From contig NC_043007.1 of NCBI RefSeq assembly GCF_006345805.1, forward strand, positions 19,840,001 to 19,904,000: DNA of 64,000 nucleotides, given 5' to 3'. The position numbers and the translations under genes are program-made. Below the pieces are notes generated by a model, which saw only the letters and a program-made list of their open reading frames with translations, had not been told where the DNA came from and searched no databases. Below are positions 40,740-53,444 of this stretch, in pieces. How positions within the stretch are numbered: position 1 is the first letter of the stretch; each line of letters opens with the position of its first letter. The DNA is from Octopus sinensis. Its lineage: Eukaryota.

Positions 40740-41086
40740 AGAGGAAAGTACAATAGAAAAGGAAGTCGGAGGGGAAAAAATCGCCAACGATTCACATTTA
40801 GTTACATTATGAAATATGCATGCATGCATGCATACATGCATACATACATACATACATACATACATACATACATACATACATACATACATACATACATACA
40901 TACATACATACATACATACATACATACATTCATACATACATACATGTATATATGTATTCACACACATTGGTACAAGGCCAGCAATTTCAGAGGAAGATGG
41001 GTTTCGGTCAATTACATCGACTCTTGGTCTTGACTCGTATTTTTAGCTTATCCACTTCGACGGGATTTGATAGATAATTATATATA

Positions 41087-41701
41087 ATGAAATTATTGTA
41101 TACAGTGCTCAGGTGCACCACAACTTGTCAAAAGTGCATATAAAGCATATGCAGTAATGTACAAATGTCTGGAAAGTGAACAGTGTATGAGTCAGATACA
41201 TGCTTGCGTGTGTATGGAGGGGAGAAAATCAGGTGTAGTGTTGGCGAATCTCAGGAAGCATGGAAGTTTTGAAGGATGCAGTGCTCCGACTTTTGAAGGA
41301 TGTATGTATGTATAATAATGATAATAATAATGAAATTACTGTATACAGTGCTCAGGTGCACCACAACTTGTCAGAAAGTGCGTATAAAGGATATGCAGTA
41401 ATGTACAAATGTCTGGAAAGTGAACAGTGTATGAGTCAGATACATGCTTGCTTGTGTATGGAGGGGAGAAAATCAGGTGTAGTGTTGGCGAATCTCAGGA
41501 AGAATGGAAGTTTTGAAGGATGCAGTGCTCCGACAACTAACAACTGATGCCGGCAGTTTGTTCCATACTTCAGCAACTCTTAGCGTGAAAATATGTTTCC
41601 TGAAGCCATGGGAACTGTGCTGTTTTCTGACTTTGTAAACATGTCCACGGGTGTTAGACAGGTGGAGTTTGAAAAAGTGCTCAGAGATATTGTTTGTAAG
41701 A
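41087..41701 (-). mobile_element. CR1-group LINE 3' end with a tandemly duplicated tail
   Basis: NTRGHVYKV...FTLRVAEVWNKLPASVVS...FK; 41087-41290 duplicates 41330-41533. Confidence 0.85.
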
Positions 41702-41934
41702 TACTCTTTTACTCTTTTACTCTTTTACTTGTTTCAGTTATTTGACTGCGGCCGTGCTGGAGCACCACCTTTAGTCGAGCAAATCGACCCCGGGACTTAT
41801 TCTTTGTAAGCCCAGTACTTATTCTATCGGTCTCTTTTGCCGAACCGCTAAGTGACGGGGACATAAACACACCAGTATCGGTTGTCAAGCAATGCTAGGG
41901 GAACAAACACAGACACACAAACACACACATACAT

Positions 41935-41968
<34 letters not shown>

Positions 41969-42120
41969 CATATATACGACAGGTTCTTTCAGTTTCGTCT
42001 ACCAAATCCACTCACAAGGCATTGGTCGGCCCGGGGCTATAGCAGAAGACACTTGCCCAAGATGCCACGCAGTGGGACTGAACCCGGAACCATGTTGTTG
42101 GTTAGCAAGCTACTTACCAC
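41702..42120 (-). mobile_element. SINE family A
   Basis: Matches the other copies. Confidence 0.9.
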
Positions 42121-42751
42121 TATAACGGTTAATTATTTTATTTAAAAATTTTATTATTTGAAAGAGAAAAGGCGAAGGGACGTAACTCAACCTTACAGAG
42201 CGTTTTTATTCACCGCTCTGCCGCACTTGAAGAAAAGTGTCTACGCGATAAACTGCGGTGAACTGCAGTGAATTTTATGACTATCATCGCCTTCGTTACT
42301 ATCATCATCACCTGTTCTAAGGAAGCCGTGCTACTATTCGCATGGTTTATCTGCTGCCAACACTAATCGACATAACTCTGCAGGTCAATGTATGGATCTC
42401 CTCAAGGCGCTGTCTTCTTTAAATATACGGGTTAAGTTATACACTTTTGTGGTTGTGGAAAAAGTAAATTCCATACGTGACATATTCAAGGGCAACTATA
42501 TAAAACAACGTAACTGTTGAAAGAGTGAGAGAGACAGAGAGAGAGAGATCAATATCATTCATACACTCATAGACACTCTTTCTTTATGCAAATGCTAACA
42601 CAAAAGAAACGCGAAAGAAAAACAAAATTGAAAGCGACGTCGACTTCGTTTAAAGATCTCGGCGTCGAGTGTAACAGTTGCTGATGTAAGGGAGGTAACT
42701 CTCTCTGCCTTGAGAGTTTTTGTTTGTTTGTTTTTTCCTGCTCTCTCTTTT

Positions 42752-42964
42752 GCTCTTTACTCTTTTACTTGTTTCAGTCATTTGACTGTGGCCATGCTGG
42801 AGCACCGCCTTTAGTCGAGCAAATCGACCCCTGGACTTATTCTTTGTAAGCCTAGTACTTATTCTATCGGTCTCTTTTGCCGAACCGCTAAGTTACGGGC
42901 ACGTAAACACAACAGCATCGGTTGTCAAGCAATGATGGAGGAGACAAAAACACACACAACACAC

Positions 42965-43031
<67 letters not shown>

Positions 43032-43180
43032 TACGACGGGCTTCTTTCAGTTTCCGTCTACCAATCCACTCACAAGGCTTTGGTCGACCCGAGGCAATAG
43101 AAGAAGACACTTGCCCAAGGTGCCACGCAGTGGGACTGAACCCGGAACCATGTGGTTGGTAAGCAAGCCACTCCTACGCC
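42752..43180 (-). mobile_element. SINE family A
   Basis: Matches the other copies. Confidence 0.9.
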
Positions 43181-43381
43181 TGATCGTGTAAATTTATGAT
43201 TAATTATTGATTTAAAATTTTAGCACAAAGCCAGCAATGTCGGAGGAGAGGTAGAGTCGATTAAATCGACCCCAATACTCAACTGGTACCTATTTTCTCG
43301 CTCACGAAAGGTTGAGAGGCAAAGTCGGCCTCGGCGGAATTTGAATTCGGAATGTGAGGACAACAGATTAACGAATCGATA

Positions 43382-43788
43382 TACTCTTTTACTCTTTTAC
43401 TTGTTTCAGTCATTTGACAGCGGCCATGCTGGAGCACCGCCTTTAGTCGAGCAGATCGGCCCCGGAACTTATTCTTTTGTAAGCCCAGTACTTATTCTAT
43501 CGGTCTCTTTTGCCGAACCGCTAAGTGACGGGGTCATAAACACACCAGCATCGGTTATCAAGCAATGCTAGGGGGACAAACACAGATACACAAACACACA
43601 CACATACATATATATATATACATATATACGACGGGCTTCTTTCAGTTTCCGTCTACCAAATCCACTCACAAGGCTTTGGTTGGCCCGAGTCTATAGTAGA
43701 AGACACTTACCCAAGGTGCCACACAGTGGGACTGAACCCAGAACCATGTGGTTGGTAAACAAGCTACTTAGCACACAGCCACTCCTGC
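43382..43788 (-). mobile_element. SINE family A
   Basis: Matches the other copies. Confidence 0.9.
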
Positions 43789-44450
43789 TGATTTTACAGT
43801 GGAAAGAAACTCGGGGAGAGTGTAACACAGGTGGTCCTCAAAGGAGAAACCCCCTTTAAGTAAGTGTTTCAGCCCTTAATTCCTCACACACTAGGGGCGT
43901 CGAGCCACATCCGAGTCACGACTCCCGGATGTCCACCTGCTGTCCGTTTTAGTACGCCTTAGATGGGATTGGTTTCTCTGGTTTCTAGCACTGCTGGGGC
44001 GTGTGCTGCGGCCCTGAAAAGGGCTAAGTACCCGTTTCCAGCTGGGTGCAGCATTTGGAGAAGGCTAAATGTTTTGCTGGAGGAGGGTGTAGTCAAGCAA
44101 ATTGATCTAAATACTTGGGTGGGACTTATTTTAACAACACCGAATGATTGAAAGGTAACATCCATCCCAGCAGGACTTCAGCTTAAAATATGAAAAATAC
44201 GCATAGAATAGGCTGGAAAGTTAGGGGGGAGGGTCGAATACAGGACACTGGTCACTTCGAGCTATTTTTCTTCTTTTTTTTTTTTTTCTTGTTGTTAAAT
44301 TACACAAATTACCTGGGCCATGATATTGTGATCTTTTTCTTTTATTTTTGTATAAGTCCAAGTCGCTTGGTTCCTGCCGATAACGGTGCATAAATGTCGA
44401 GCTAATGGCGCTTATTGAAGCAGAAACAGATGTCCACAAATGTCAATTTA

Positions 44451-45012
44451 TTGGGTTGTCCGAAAAGTTCGTGCCGATTTATAGTAGCTTACCTTTCGAC
44501 TTATTTTAGAACATGATTGAGTCCATAAAATAGGATTTTACTACACCTCCATTTAGAGCACAGTTTAAGCTATCTCTTTGTGGAAGAAGGTTTATGTTCC
44601 TATAACCTGTGTTAATTCTGTAACCCTTTAAAATGGAAGATAAAGTTTATTTTCAGCACTTGATGCTTTGGAAACCAGACAAAAATTGCTGCAGCTCGGC
44701 TGGGATGTGTTACCCCACCCTCTATATTCACCAGATATTGCTCCTTCGGATTTCCACTTATTCAGGTCTCAGCAGAATAGTCTTAATGGTAAAAATTTCA
44801 ATTCCTTGGATGACATAAAAAGATACCTTGATGAATTCTTTGCCATGAAACCACCTCAATTCTGGGAAGAGGGTATTTTCAAGTTAAAGGAAAGATGGAG
44901 ATGCATTGGCAACAAAATGGTTCATATTTGGTAGATTAAAAATGTAATGGCAAGTATTTATTGACCTTTTTCTTTCCTTTAAAAATCGGCACGAACTTTC
45001 CGGACAACCCAA
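44451..45012 (+). mobile_element. Internally deleted mariner element
   Basis: 30-bp TIRs ttgggttgtccgaaaagttcgtgccgattt / aaatcggcacgaactttccggacaacccaa, TA flanks, LPHPLYSPDIAPSDFHLF motif. Confidence 0.92.
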
Positions 45013-45296
45013 TATTTCCAGACACTAAGCTTGTCCTTTTTTTTTAATGGTATGTCTACTGCGGAGAATTCTTGAGATTATCTCCCCTTCGCAAAGAGAG
45101 CTGCCTTTGCCTACCATTTCGTAATTCTGACATATTCTGAGAGGCGGAGATAAAAATTGATAAAGCTGGAATTTATGTAGTACAGTATTTGATATACTCG
45201 TTTTTGTCTATACTGTTCAACTACATACAACTCGGAGTTCTTTCCCTTAGCTCGTTTTTATATGTACACATTTACATACATACACATATATATATA

Positions 45297-45813
45297 CCGT
45301 AAATCCTCGATTATAATCCGCACTTTTTCCCAAAATTTAATGGTCAAAATCCCAAGTGCGTACTATATACGAGGTTAAAAACGAAAATTATTTTCTAAGC
45401 AACGTCCGAGTCTCTATTTGCTGTCCAGCAATGTTTTTATTCAGACGCATTTTGTGATGTCGGGCGCGAAAATACCTTAAGCTAAGCCTGAAAGCAATGA
45501 AGTCATAAAAGAATCATCCATAACTTGCAATAAGCAACATTTATTAAACATTATTACTGTTATTTCTTTATTTTCTGCAAACAAAATGCAGAAAAATGCT
45601 ACACGTTTGCATTATATTATATATACAAAAATAAAAAAGGACGTTACTGTATACATTTTTACAAACCAAGGACGTTATATAGACCTCCTTGACTCAAGTT
45701 AGAGAAGGGGTGCGTGCGTATTATACACAAGGTTTAAGTTTTTCAGAAGTACAGCCCCCTAAAAATCCCCTGCGTATTATACTTAAGGGCGGACTATACT
45801 CGAGGATTTACGG
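45297..45813. mobile_element. pogo/Tc2-type MITE
   Basis: TIRs ccgtaaatcctcgattataatccgc / gcggactatactcgaggatttacgg, TA flanks, subterminal gcgtaytatac repeats. Confidence 0.85.
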
Positions 45814-45992
45814 TATATATAATTATAACATTCTCCAGAGGCGGAAATAATTTTAATAAATCTAAGATTTATGTCGTATGATGTTTGATATAATTGCATT
45901 CGCCTGTGTTGAGTGCGAGTGTGTGTGTGTGTGTTGTGGTGTGTGTGTGTGTGTGTGTGCGCGTGCGGATACATGTATATATATATATATAT

Positions 45993-46595
45993 TCTTTTAC
46001 TAGTTTCAGCCATGCAGCTGCGGTCATGCTGGAGCACCACCATGGTCCTTCTGATTTCCTCAGCCTGGGGTGTTTCACATCACCATTCCTGTATGTGCCT
46101 TTGTCCCAGCTATTAGCCCATTTGGTGCATAAGGGAGTTTGATTCCGCTGCCCTCGTCTGCACCTCAGGTCGGGTTGTTGGTTCATCCTGTATTGTGAAA
46201 AGGAGGATGTCTTGTTCCTTTTTGAAGACATCTACTTCCACCTTATGCAGATTTCTTAATTTTTGTGGCAGAATATTGAAGATCTGTGGGCCTTTGTACC
46301 CGAGACTATAGCAGTACCTGGTCCTGAATTTCGATGGAGTGGATGGTACCTTTGGTACAATACAAAGGCAGCCAGTTCTGGCATTTGTATAACACTCAAT
46401 GCCGAAGTTAGCTACTAGCCCTTCTAGGATTTTCCATATGTAGATTATTGCATATCTCTCACGCCTTCGCTCCAGAGAGCAAAGTTGTACTTTTCTCAGC
46501 CTATCCCTGTAGCTCATCCGCTGCACTGTTCCAATCTTTTTAGTGTAGTGGCGCTGGTCTGCTTCAAGCTACGCTGTTAGTTTGGCACTGTGGTA
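45993..46595 (-). mobile_element. CR1-group LINE 3' end
   Basis: MSYRDRLRKVQLCSLERRRERYAIIYIWKIL...FNILP; the tail is ggtgctccagcatgaccgcag...gaaactagtaaaag. Confidence 0.85.
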
Positions 46596-46791
46596 ACTGA
46601 GGGAACCCATCGGGACCAGTGACGGAGCATGAGCTGTCTCCTCAATGTTGTTGTATTGATGGTTGGCACCCCCTTTTTTAGGGCTGCAAAATTAAAGAAT
46701 TCGGCCGGGTTCTTTCTCTGCATATGTTACAGAGGGGTGATGAAGACACCTTTAAATTATTCACTTATCCTTCTTGGGTCCGCGGTCAGCG

Positions 46792-46836
<45 letters not shown>

Positions 46837-46896
46837 TATATATATATATATACATACACACACACACAGAGACAGAGACAGAGAGTAAAAGGTATA

Positions 46897-47659
46897 CTGT
46901 ATGACGCATGCTACATGGCAGTGAGACATGAGCCGTGACTGCTGAGGACATGCGTAAGCTTGCAAGGAATGCTGGATGTGTAATGTCAGTGTGCATACAC
47001 GACAGAGTGCAAGTTCCTTGAGAGAAAAGTTGGATTTAAGGAGCATCAGATGTGGTGTGCAAGAGAGACGACTGCGCTGGTATGGTCATGTGTTGCGAAT
47101 GAATGAGGACAGCTGTGTGAAAAAGTGTCACACCTTAGTAGTTGAGGGAACCTGTGGAAGAGGTAGACCCAGGAAAACATGGGATGAGGTGGTGAAGCAC
47201 GACCTTCGAACATTGGGCCTTACCGAGGCAATGACTAGTGAACGAGACCTTTGGAGATATGCTGTGCTTGAGAAGACCCGACAAGCCAAGAAAGACCATG
47301 ACCCATGGCCTATGCCATTCGAGCGTGATCGTTGCTAGAGTCGCCCAACCGGCACGTGAAAAACAACATTCGAGCGTGGTCGTTGTCAATGCCGCCGGAC
47401 TGGATCCCGTGCAGGTAGCACGGAAAAAACACCTTTTGAGCGTGGTCGTTGCCAGAACCGCCTGACTGGCCCTCGTGCCGGTGGCACGTAAAAGTACCTA
47501 CTACACTCTTGGTGTGGTTGGCGTTAGGAAGGGCATCCAGCTATAGAAACTTTGCCAGATCAGATTGAGCCTGGTGCAGCCTCTGGCTCACCAGTCCTCT
47601 GTCAAACCGTCAAACCCATGCCAGCACGGAAATCAGACGTTAAACGATGATGATGATGA
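46897..47659 (+). mobile_element. RTE LINE 3' end
   Basis: RRLRWYGHVLRM...GRGRPRKTW...DLWR, followed by a 3' UTR and a (GAT)n tail. Confidence 0.9.
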
Positions 47660-47837
47660 ATATATATATAATATATATATATATATTATATATATATAAC
47701 ACACACATACATACACACACATACATACACGCCCACATACATACATATACATACATACCATACATACATACATACATACATACACACACACATACATACA
47801 TACACACATACATACATACATACATACATACATACAT

Positions 47838-47872
<35 letters not shown>

Positions 47873-47894
47873 AACACATACACGTACACACACA

Positions 47895-48300
47895 CAGTGT
47901 ACCAGAAGTCTTTGAGGACATATATGGTAATTTAATAAAACAACTCAGATCTAATGAAAAAACAAATATATTTTAACAAAAATTTGTGCACGTATTCGCA
48001 ATATACTTCCTCATAAACCCGCCTTTAGCTTCGATTCTTTGTTCAATACAGAACCGGAATTGATGGCACGCTCGGATTTAATGGTTCTTGCTCATTTCGG
48101 ATATCACGGGCGCAATTATCGGTAGATTTCTCGCTTCAAACCAATTTATAATTTTCTCTCTATTTCTTTCAGATCCACCGTAGCAGCTAAAATTCTATTA
48201 TGAGAAATGCAAAAATGATGCAGCCATTATTGCTAGATGTGCAGAACACAGCGATTCAGTAATTGCCAGCTTTCTAAATATTTGCAACTTCTTCTCACTA
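47895..48300. mobile_element. Possible decayed Tc1/mariner relic
   Basis: Minus strand IRACHQFRFCIEQRIEAKGG resembles a transposase C-terminus. Confidence 0.4.
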
Positions 48301-48503
48301 AAAATAAAAAAACAAACTTCAACAACGTTAACTTTTAAGAGACTCCCCTCCCAAGGGAAGATTTATTGTATTAGAACATGTTATGGCAGTTTGGGCCGCG
48401 CTTTTGAGTTTGTAAGCAAATGCGATTTCATATATTTGTTCCTTTTCACTTTCCATATATATATATGAATATAAACATATGAATATATATATATATATAT
48501 ATA

Positions 48504-48557
<54 letters not shown>

Positions 48558-48649
48558 AAATTATTAAGGGTAGAAATTGATATTTATCAATTAAGACCAG
48601 TGGTCTAGCATATTAAAAAAGAATCCGAAGATTAAAATATTTATATATA

Positions 48650-48759
48650 CAATTAAGGACTGAACACGAAAAGTGGACAGTCAACATGCTAGATAATGGC
48701 GATTTGACGTCTATATCTAGCATGTTGACTGTCCACTTTTCGTGTTCAGTCCTTAATTG
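48650..48759. repeat. Perfect 46-bp inverted repeat with 18-nt spacer
   Basis: 48650-48695 is the reverse complement of 48714-48759. Confidence 0.95.
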
Positions 48760-48760
48760 G

Positions 48761-48794
<34 letters not shown>

Positions 48795-48829
48795 TATATA
48801 TTATTATATATATATATACGTACATTCAT

Positions 48830-49220
48830 ATTTGTCTCTTTTCATCTTCCATATTTATTTGAACGCGCTTCTATGATTTCTCCTTTTTCAGCTTCCATAT
48901 TTATATGTACGTGCTTTTACCTTTTTTTGTTCCTGTTTAGCTTCCATATATGTGTTCGTACTTCTATATATCTGTGCCTTTTCACCTTCCATATATGTGT
49001 TCGTACTTCTATATATCTGTGCCTTTTCACCTTCCATATTTATATGTACGTGCTTTTACTTTTTTTATTTGTTCCTGTTTAGCTTCCATATATGTGTTCG
49101 TACTTCTATATATATGTGCCTTTTCACCTTCCATATAAGTGTTCGTACTTCTATATATCTGTGCCTTTTCACCTTCCATATTCATGTGTACGTGCTTCTA
49201 ACATCTTTTCAGCTTCCTTA
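48830..49220 (+). repeat. Minisatellite with two unit types (about 45-50 bp)
   Basis: Units start cttccatat and run in A-B-B / A-B-B-like order. Confidence 0.85.
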
Positions 49221-49939
49221 TGCGTGTGTTTGTGATGATGGGTGAACGCACGCGATTATCGTCTGTACTTGAAAACTCTGTGTGTGCGTGCGTGTGCTTG
49301 CGTACGCATGTGTGTACGCGTTCGTGTGTTCCAATTACAACAAAGGACTTCTTTTATAACAGAACCAAGCTTAGCTTCTGCCTTCTTTTGCGTTTCTTTA
49401 TCTCTCTACATAACGTGGGTGAGGCGACTCACGCAATATCAAATATGCGCGCGCACACGAATGTGTGCTTGTGTTACGTGTGTGCTTGTATGTGTATGAG
49501 TGTGTATATGTTTGTATTCGTGCGTACGTGTGTGTGTGTGTGTGTGTTTCTATATATGTCTATAGTTATTTACAGTTTCTCTTCCTTTTTAGGTGGTTTT
49601 TCTCTCTCTCCCTCCCTCTCTCCCTCTCACACAAACGCACCCTCCCGTACTCTCTCCTTTTTCTTTCTCCCTTTCCTCTCTCTCTCTCTCTTCCTCTCTA
49701 TCCCTCGCTCTCCCTGTCTCTTTCCCTCTCTGTCCCTCACTCTCCCTCTCTATCCCTACCTCTCTCCCTCTCACACAAACACACCCTCCTTTTTCTTTCT
49801 CCCTTTCCCTCTCTCCCTCTCAATCCCTCCCTCTCACACAAACACACCCTCCCGTAATCTCTCCTTTTTCTTTCTCCCTTTCCCTCTCTCTCCCTCTCTC
49901 TCTCTTTCTCCCTTTCCCTCTCTCTCTCCCTCTCTTTCC

Positions 49940-49970
<31 letters not shown>

Positions 49971-50235
49971 TCTCTCTCTCCTTCTCGGGGAAAACAAATG
50001 GCTATACTCTCAGAATCAAGGCCACTGCGATGGAATTCAGATATCAGAGACAAAAGTATTTATTCTTCACAGATTATAATTTGTAGAATGCTCACGGTGC
50101 CATTCAGCCATTTGAGAAGCTTTCCAAAGACTTTAGACAATTCTGTAAAGAGACGGGAGGGAGACAGAGGGGGATTTAGGTGTGAAGTGTGAGGACCGAC
50201 GTCTTCATTGGTTTCGAGTCCGTGTTTTCTAGATT

Positions 50236-50500
50236 AGACGCGTGGCCTGGTGGTTGAGATGTTGCACTTTGGATCGCAAGTTAGCGGCTTCGATTCCCAG
50301 CCGGGCGACGCGTTGTGTTTTTTAGTAAAAAATATAACACTTCATTATTCGTTGCTCCAGTCTGCTCGGCTGTAAATGAGTATAACCCTAAAACGGACTG
50401 GTTTCCCGTTCAGAGATGGATGTTGTCCTTTGGTGGGGTCACTTATTGACCATGGAAACCGGAGAACAGATCCGTGGAACTGATGACAGTAGCGTCCAGG
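50236..50500 (+). mobile_element. Diverged SINE with family D-like head
   Basis: tggcctggtggtt A box, ttcgattccc B box, gttgctccagtc. Confidence 0.65.
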
Positions 50501-51726
50501 GAAGGGAGTGACGGTGATGGTGATGATGGATATGGAGGTGGTGGCGGTGAAGATAATAATGATGATGATGATGATGATGATGACAAAGACGATGATGATA
50601 ATATTCAATGAGCATTCCAGACATTCCAGACATAACCACCGCCTAGAATTTGTAACCTTACACTTATTCATCTCTCTCTCTCTCACTCACTCTCTCCTAT
50701 CGCTCTCTCCTTCTTTCCTTATTTCTTTCTCTCTCCCTCCGTCCTTCTCTCCCTCTCTATCCCTCACTCTCCCTGTCTCTCTCCTTCCCTCTCTCTCCCT
50801 CTCTATCCCTCTCTATCCCTCTCTATCCCTCACTCTCCCTCTCTATCCCTCCTTCTATCCATCCCCCTCTCTCTCTCCCTCCCTCAATCTCTCTCTGTTT
50901 TTCTCTCCCTCAGTTTCAGTCATCGGGTGCGGCTATACTGGAGCAATTCCTTTCAGTCGGGAATAATGACTGCAGTCTTTATTTCACATTTACCGCCGGG
51001 TGTTTGTTTACCTTCCCTCGAAGCCAAGATAATTGCAGTAAATCGAGAATTTTTCTTTTATAGTATTTAGTATAACCTTGTCCTCGTGTTTCAAACCCCT
51101 CCTCTAGCCACTGAGCTTTTACTCTTAGTTAATGTTTCTGTCATACATATATATGTGGGGTGGGGGTTATACATATGCATACATACATAATATAAACATT
51201 ATTATTATCTTTCCAAATCCTGGTGCATTTGCTCCTCAGAAGTCATCTTGGTGTATAAGCCAACCTACTTTTTTGGCTTTAAATTTTGGTCTGAAAAGTT
51301 AAACTTATATGCCTGAAGATACAGTGTCAGTAGCAAAGAAAAGTCGTCCTGTATTTCTGCTTCATTGGGCCTCGTCAGTAGCAAGCATCCAATGTCAATA
51401 CCACCAACGCTGTTCAATGATTTTCGTCTACTAAGTAAAGTAAATGGGTCGCCGTTGCTTTCGACGATGACTACTCACGGTTTCGATCAACGGAACTATT
51501 TGCCCCTTGAATTCAGACATAAGGGGCTGGGCATTTCAGAGACCCGTGCACCCTTTAGGCTGTTCCCAAACAGAATCAGCGTGTCACTGTATGCGTCATA
51601 TGTGGACCTTAGACTTATCGGTTACAATTTATCCGAACACTCAATCACACAACTAAGATCGATCCGCCGTTATACTCGATAAAACAAAAGAAAAACCTTA
51701 CACATGCACACATACACAATATCGAT

Positions 51727-51764
<38 letters not shown>

Positions 51765-51765
51765 C

Positions 51766-51822
<57 letters not shown>

Positions 51823-51826
<4 letters not shown>

Positions 51827-52233
51827 AGTGGCTGTGTGGTAAGTAGCTTGCTAACCAACCACATGGTTCCGGGTTCAGTCCCACTGCGTGCATCTTGGGC
51901 AAGTCTTCTGCTATGGCCCCGGACCGACCAATGCCTTGTGATTGGATTTGGTAGACGGAAACAGAAAGAAGCCCGTCGTATATATATATTATATATATAT
52001 ATGCGTGTGTGTGTTTGTGTGTCTGTGTTTGTCCCCCTAGCATTGCTGGACAACCGATGCTGGTGTGTTTACGTCCCCGTCACTTAGCGGTTCGGCAAAA
52101 GAGACCAATAGAATAAGTACTGGGCTTACAAAGAATAAGTCCCGGGGTCGATTTGCTCGACTAAAGGCGGTGCTCCAGCATGGCCGCAGTCAACTGACTG
52201 AAACAAGTAAAAGAGTAAAGAGTAAAAAGAGTA
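51823..52233 (+). mobile_element. SINE family A
   Basis: Matches the other copies. Confidence 0.9.
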
Positions 52234-52519
52234 ATATATATATACCTTCGAAACGCGGAGTGGACGAAACGGAGGCGGCTGAAGAAGGGGAATTTTCCTT
52301 GTGTCGTATGTCTCGTACTCTGTTTTTTTCGTTGTTTTTAAAAAATGTTCGTTTCCATAGTTCTGTTTTTATGTTTTCGTTTCTCATTGTGTTCGACGTT
52401 TTTTTTTTTTTGTTCTTTTTTTGGTGTCCTGTACCTATATATGGATGTATATATACATATAGATGTAGGTGCGTTCATATATGTATGTATATATGCATGT
52501 TTCATTTATTATTTTGTTA

Positions 52520-52550
<31 letters not shown>

Positions 52551-52594
52551 ATCTAGTTTCAGCTCACAAGCTGTGGCCATGCTGGGGCACCGCC

Positions 52595-52643
<49 letters not shown>

Positions 52644-52727
52644 TATCTAGTTTCAGCTCACAAGCTGTGGCCATGCTGCGCACCGCCATTATATATATAT
52701 ATATTATATATATATTATATATATATA

Positions 52728-53178
52728 TATGGCCAGCTGGAGGAGTGTGTCCTCCTGGGCCTAAAAACTACAGTAGCATCCACCCTTAGGGGTTAGCCAT
52801 ATTGAAATGGCAAAAATACGTCATGATGTGTTACCGCTACTGTATATAACTCACTTTGATATTTATCATTGTTTGATTTCACTTTTTCAATATCAGCGGC
52901 AGTGGACGCTGGAAAAAGTATAAGTATTTGTGAAGGAAATCTAATTCTCGGCGACAACTATGATTGTCACACGCTGACGAGAGGTCAATACCTCGAACTC
53001 GAGTCGTGTGTATCATAAGTTGAAGACGGGAAGGATGACTTCTCTTTGCAATACTGACAGGACACAGATAGTGTGTCTATGGCCAGCTGGAGGAGTGTGT
53101 CCTCCTGGGGCTAAAAACTACAGTAGCATCCACCTTAGGGGTTAGCCATATTGAAATGGCAAAAATACGTCATGATGT
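52728..53178 (+). mobile_element. Retrozyme-like non-coding element (350-nt period, about 100-nt terminal direct repeat)
   Basis: 52731-52829 is repeated at 53081-53178; internal hammerhead fold; (TA)n on both sides. Confidence 0.65.
52955..53022 (+). ncRNA. Type I hammerhead ribozyme motif, imperfect as assembled
   Basis: caactatgat-tgt-cacacg-CTGACGA-gaggt(caat)acctc-GAA-ctcgag-TC-gtgtg-t-atcataagttg. Confidence 0.7.
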
Positions 53179-53181
53179 ATA

Positions 53182-53216
<35 letters not shown>

Positions 53217-53263
53217 TCTAGTTTCAGCTCACAAGCTGTGGCCATGCTGGGGCACCGCCATTA

Positions 53264-53297
<34 letters not shown>

Positions 53298-53344
53298 TTT
53301 ATCTAGTTTCAGCTCACAAGCTGTGGCCATGCTGGGGCACCGCC

Positions 53345-53392
<48 letters not shown>

Positions 53393-53444
53393 TATCTAGT
53401 TTCAGCTCACAAGCTGTGGCCATGCTGGGGCACCGCCATTATAT

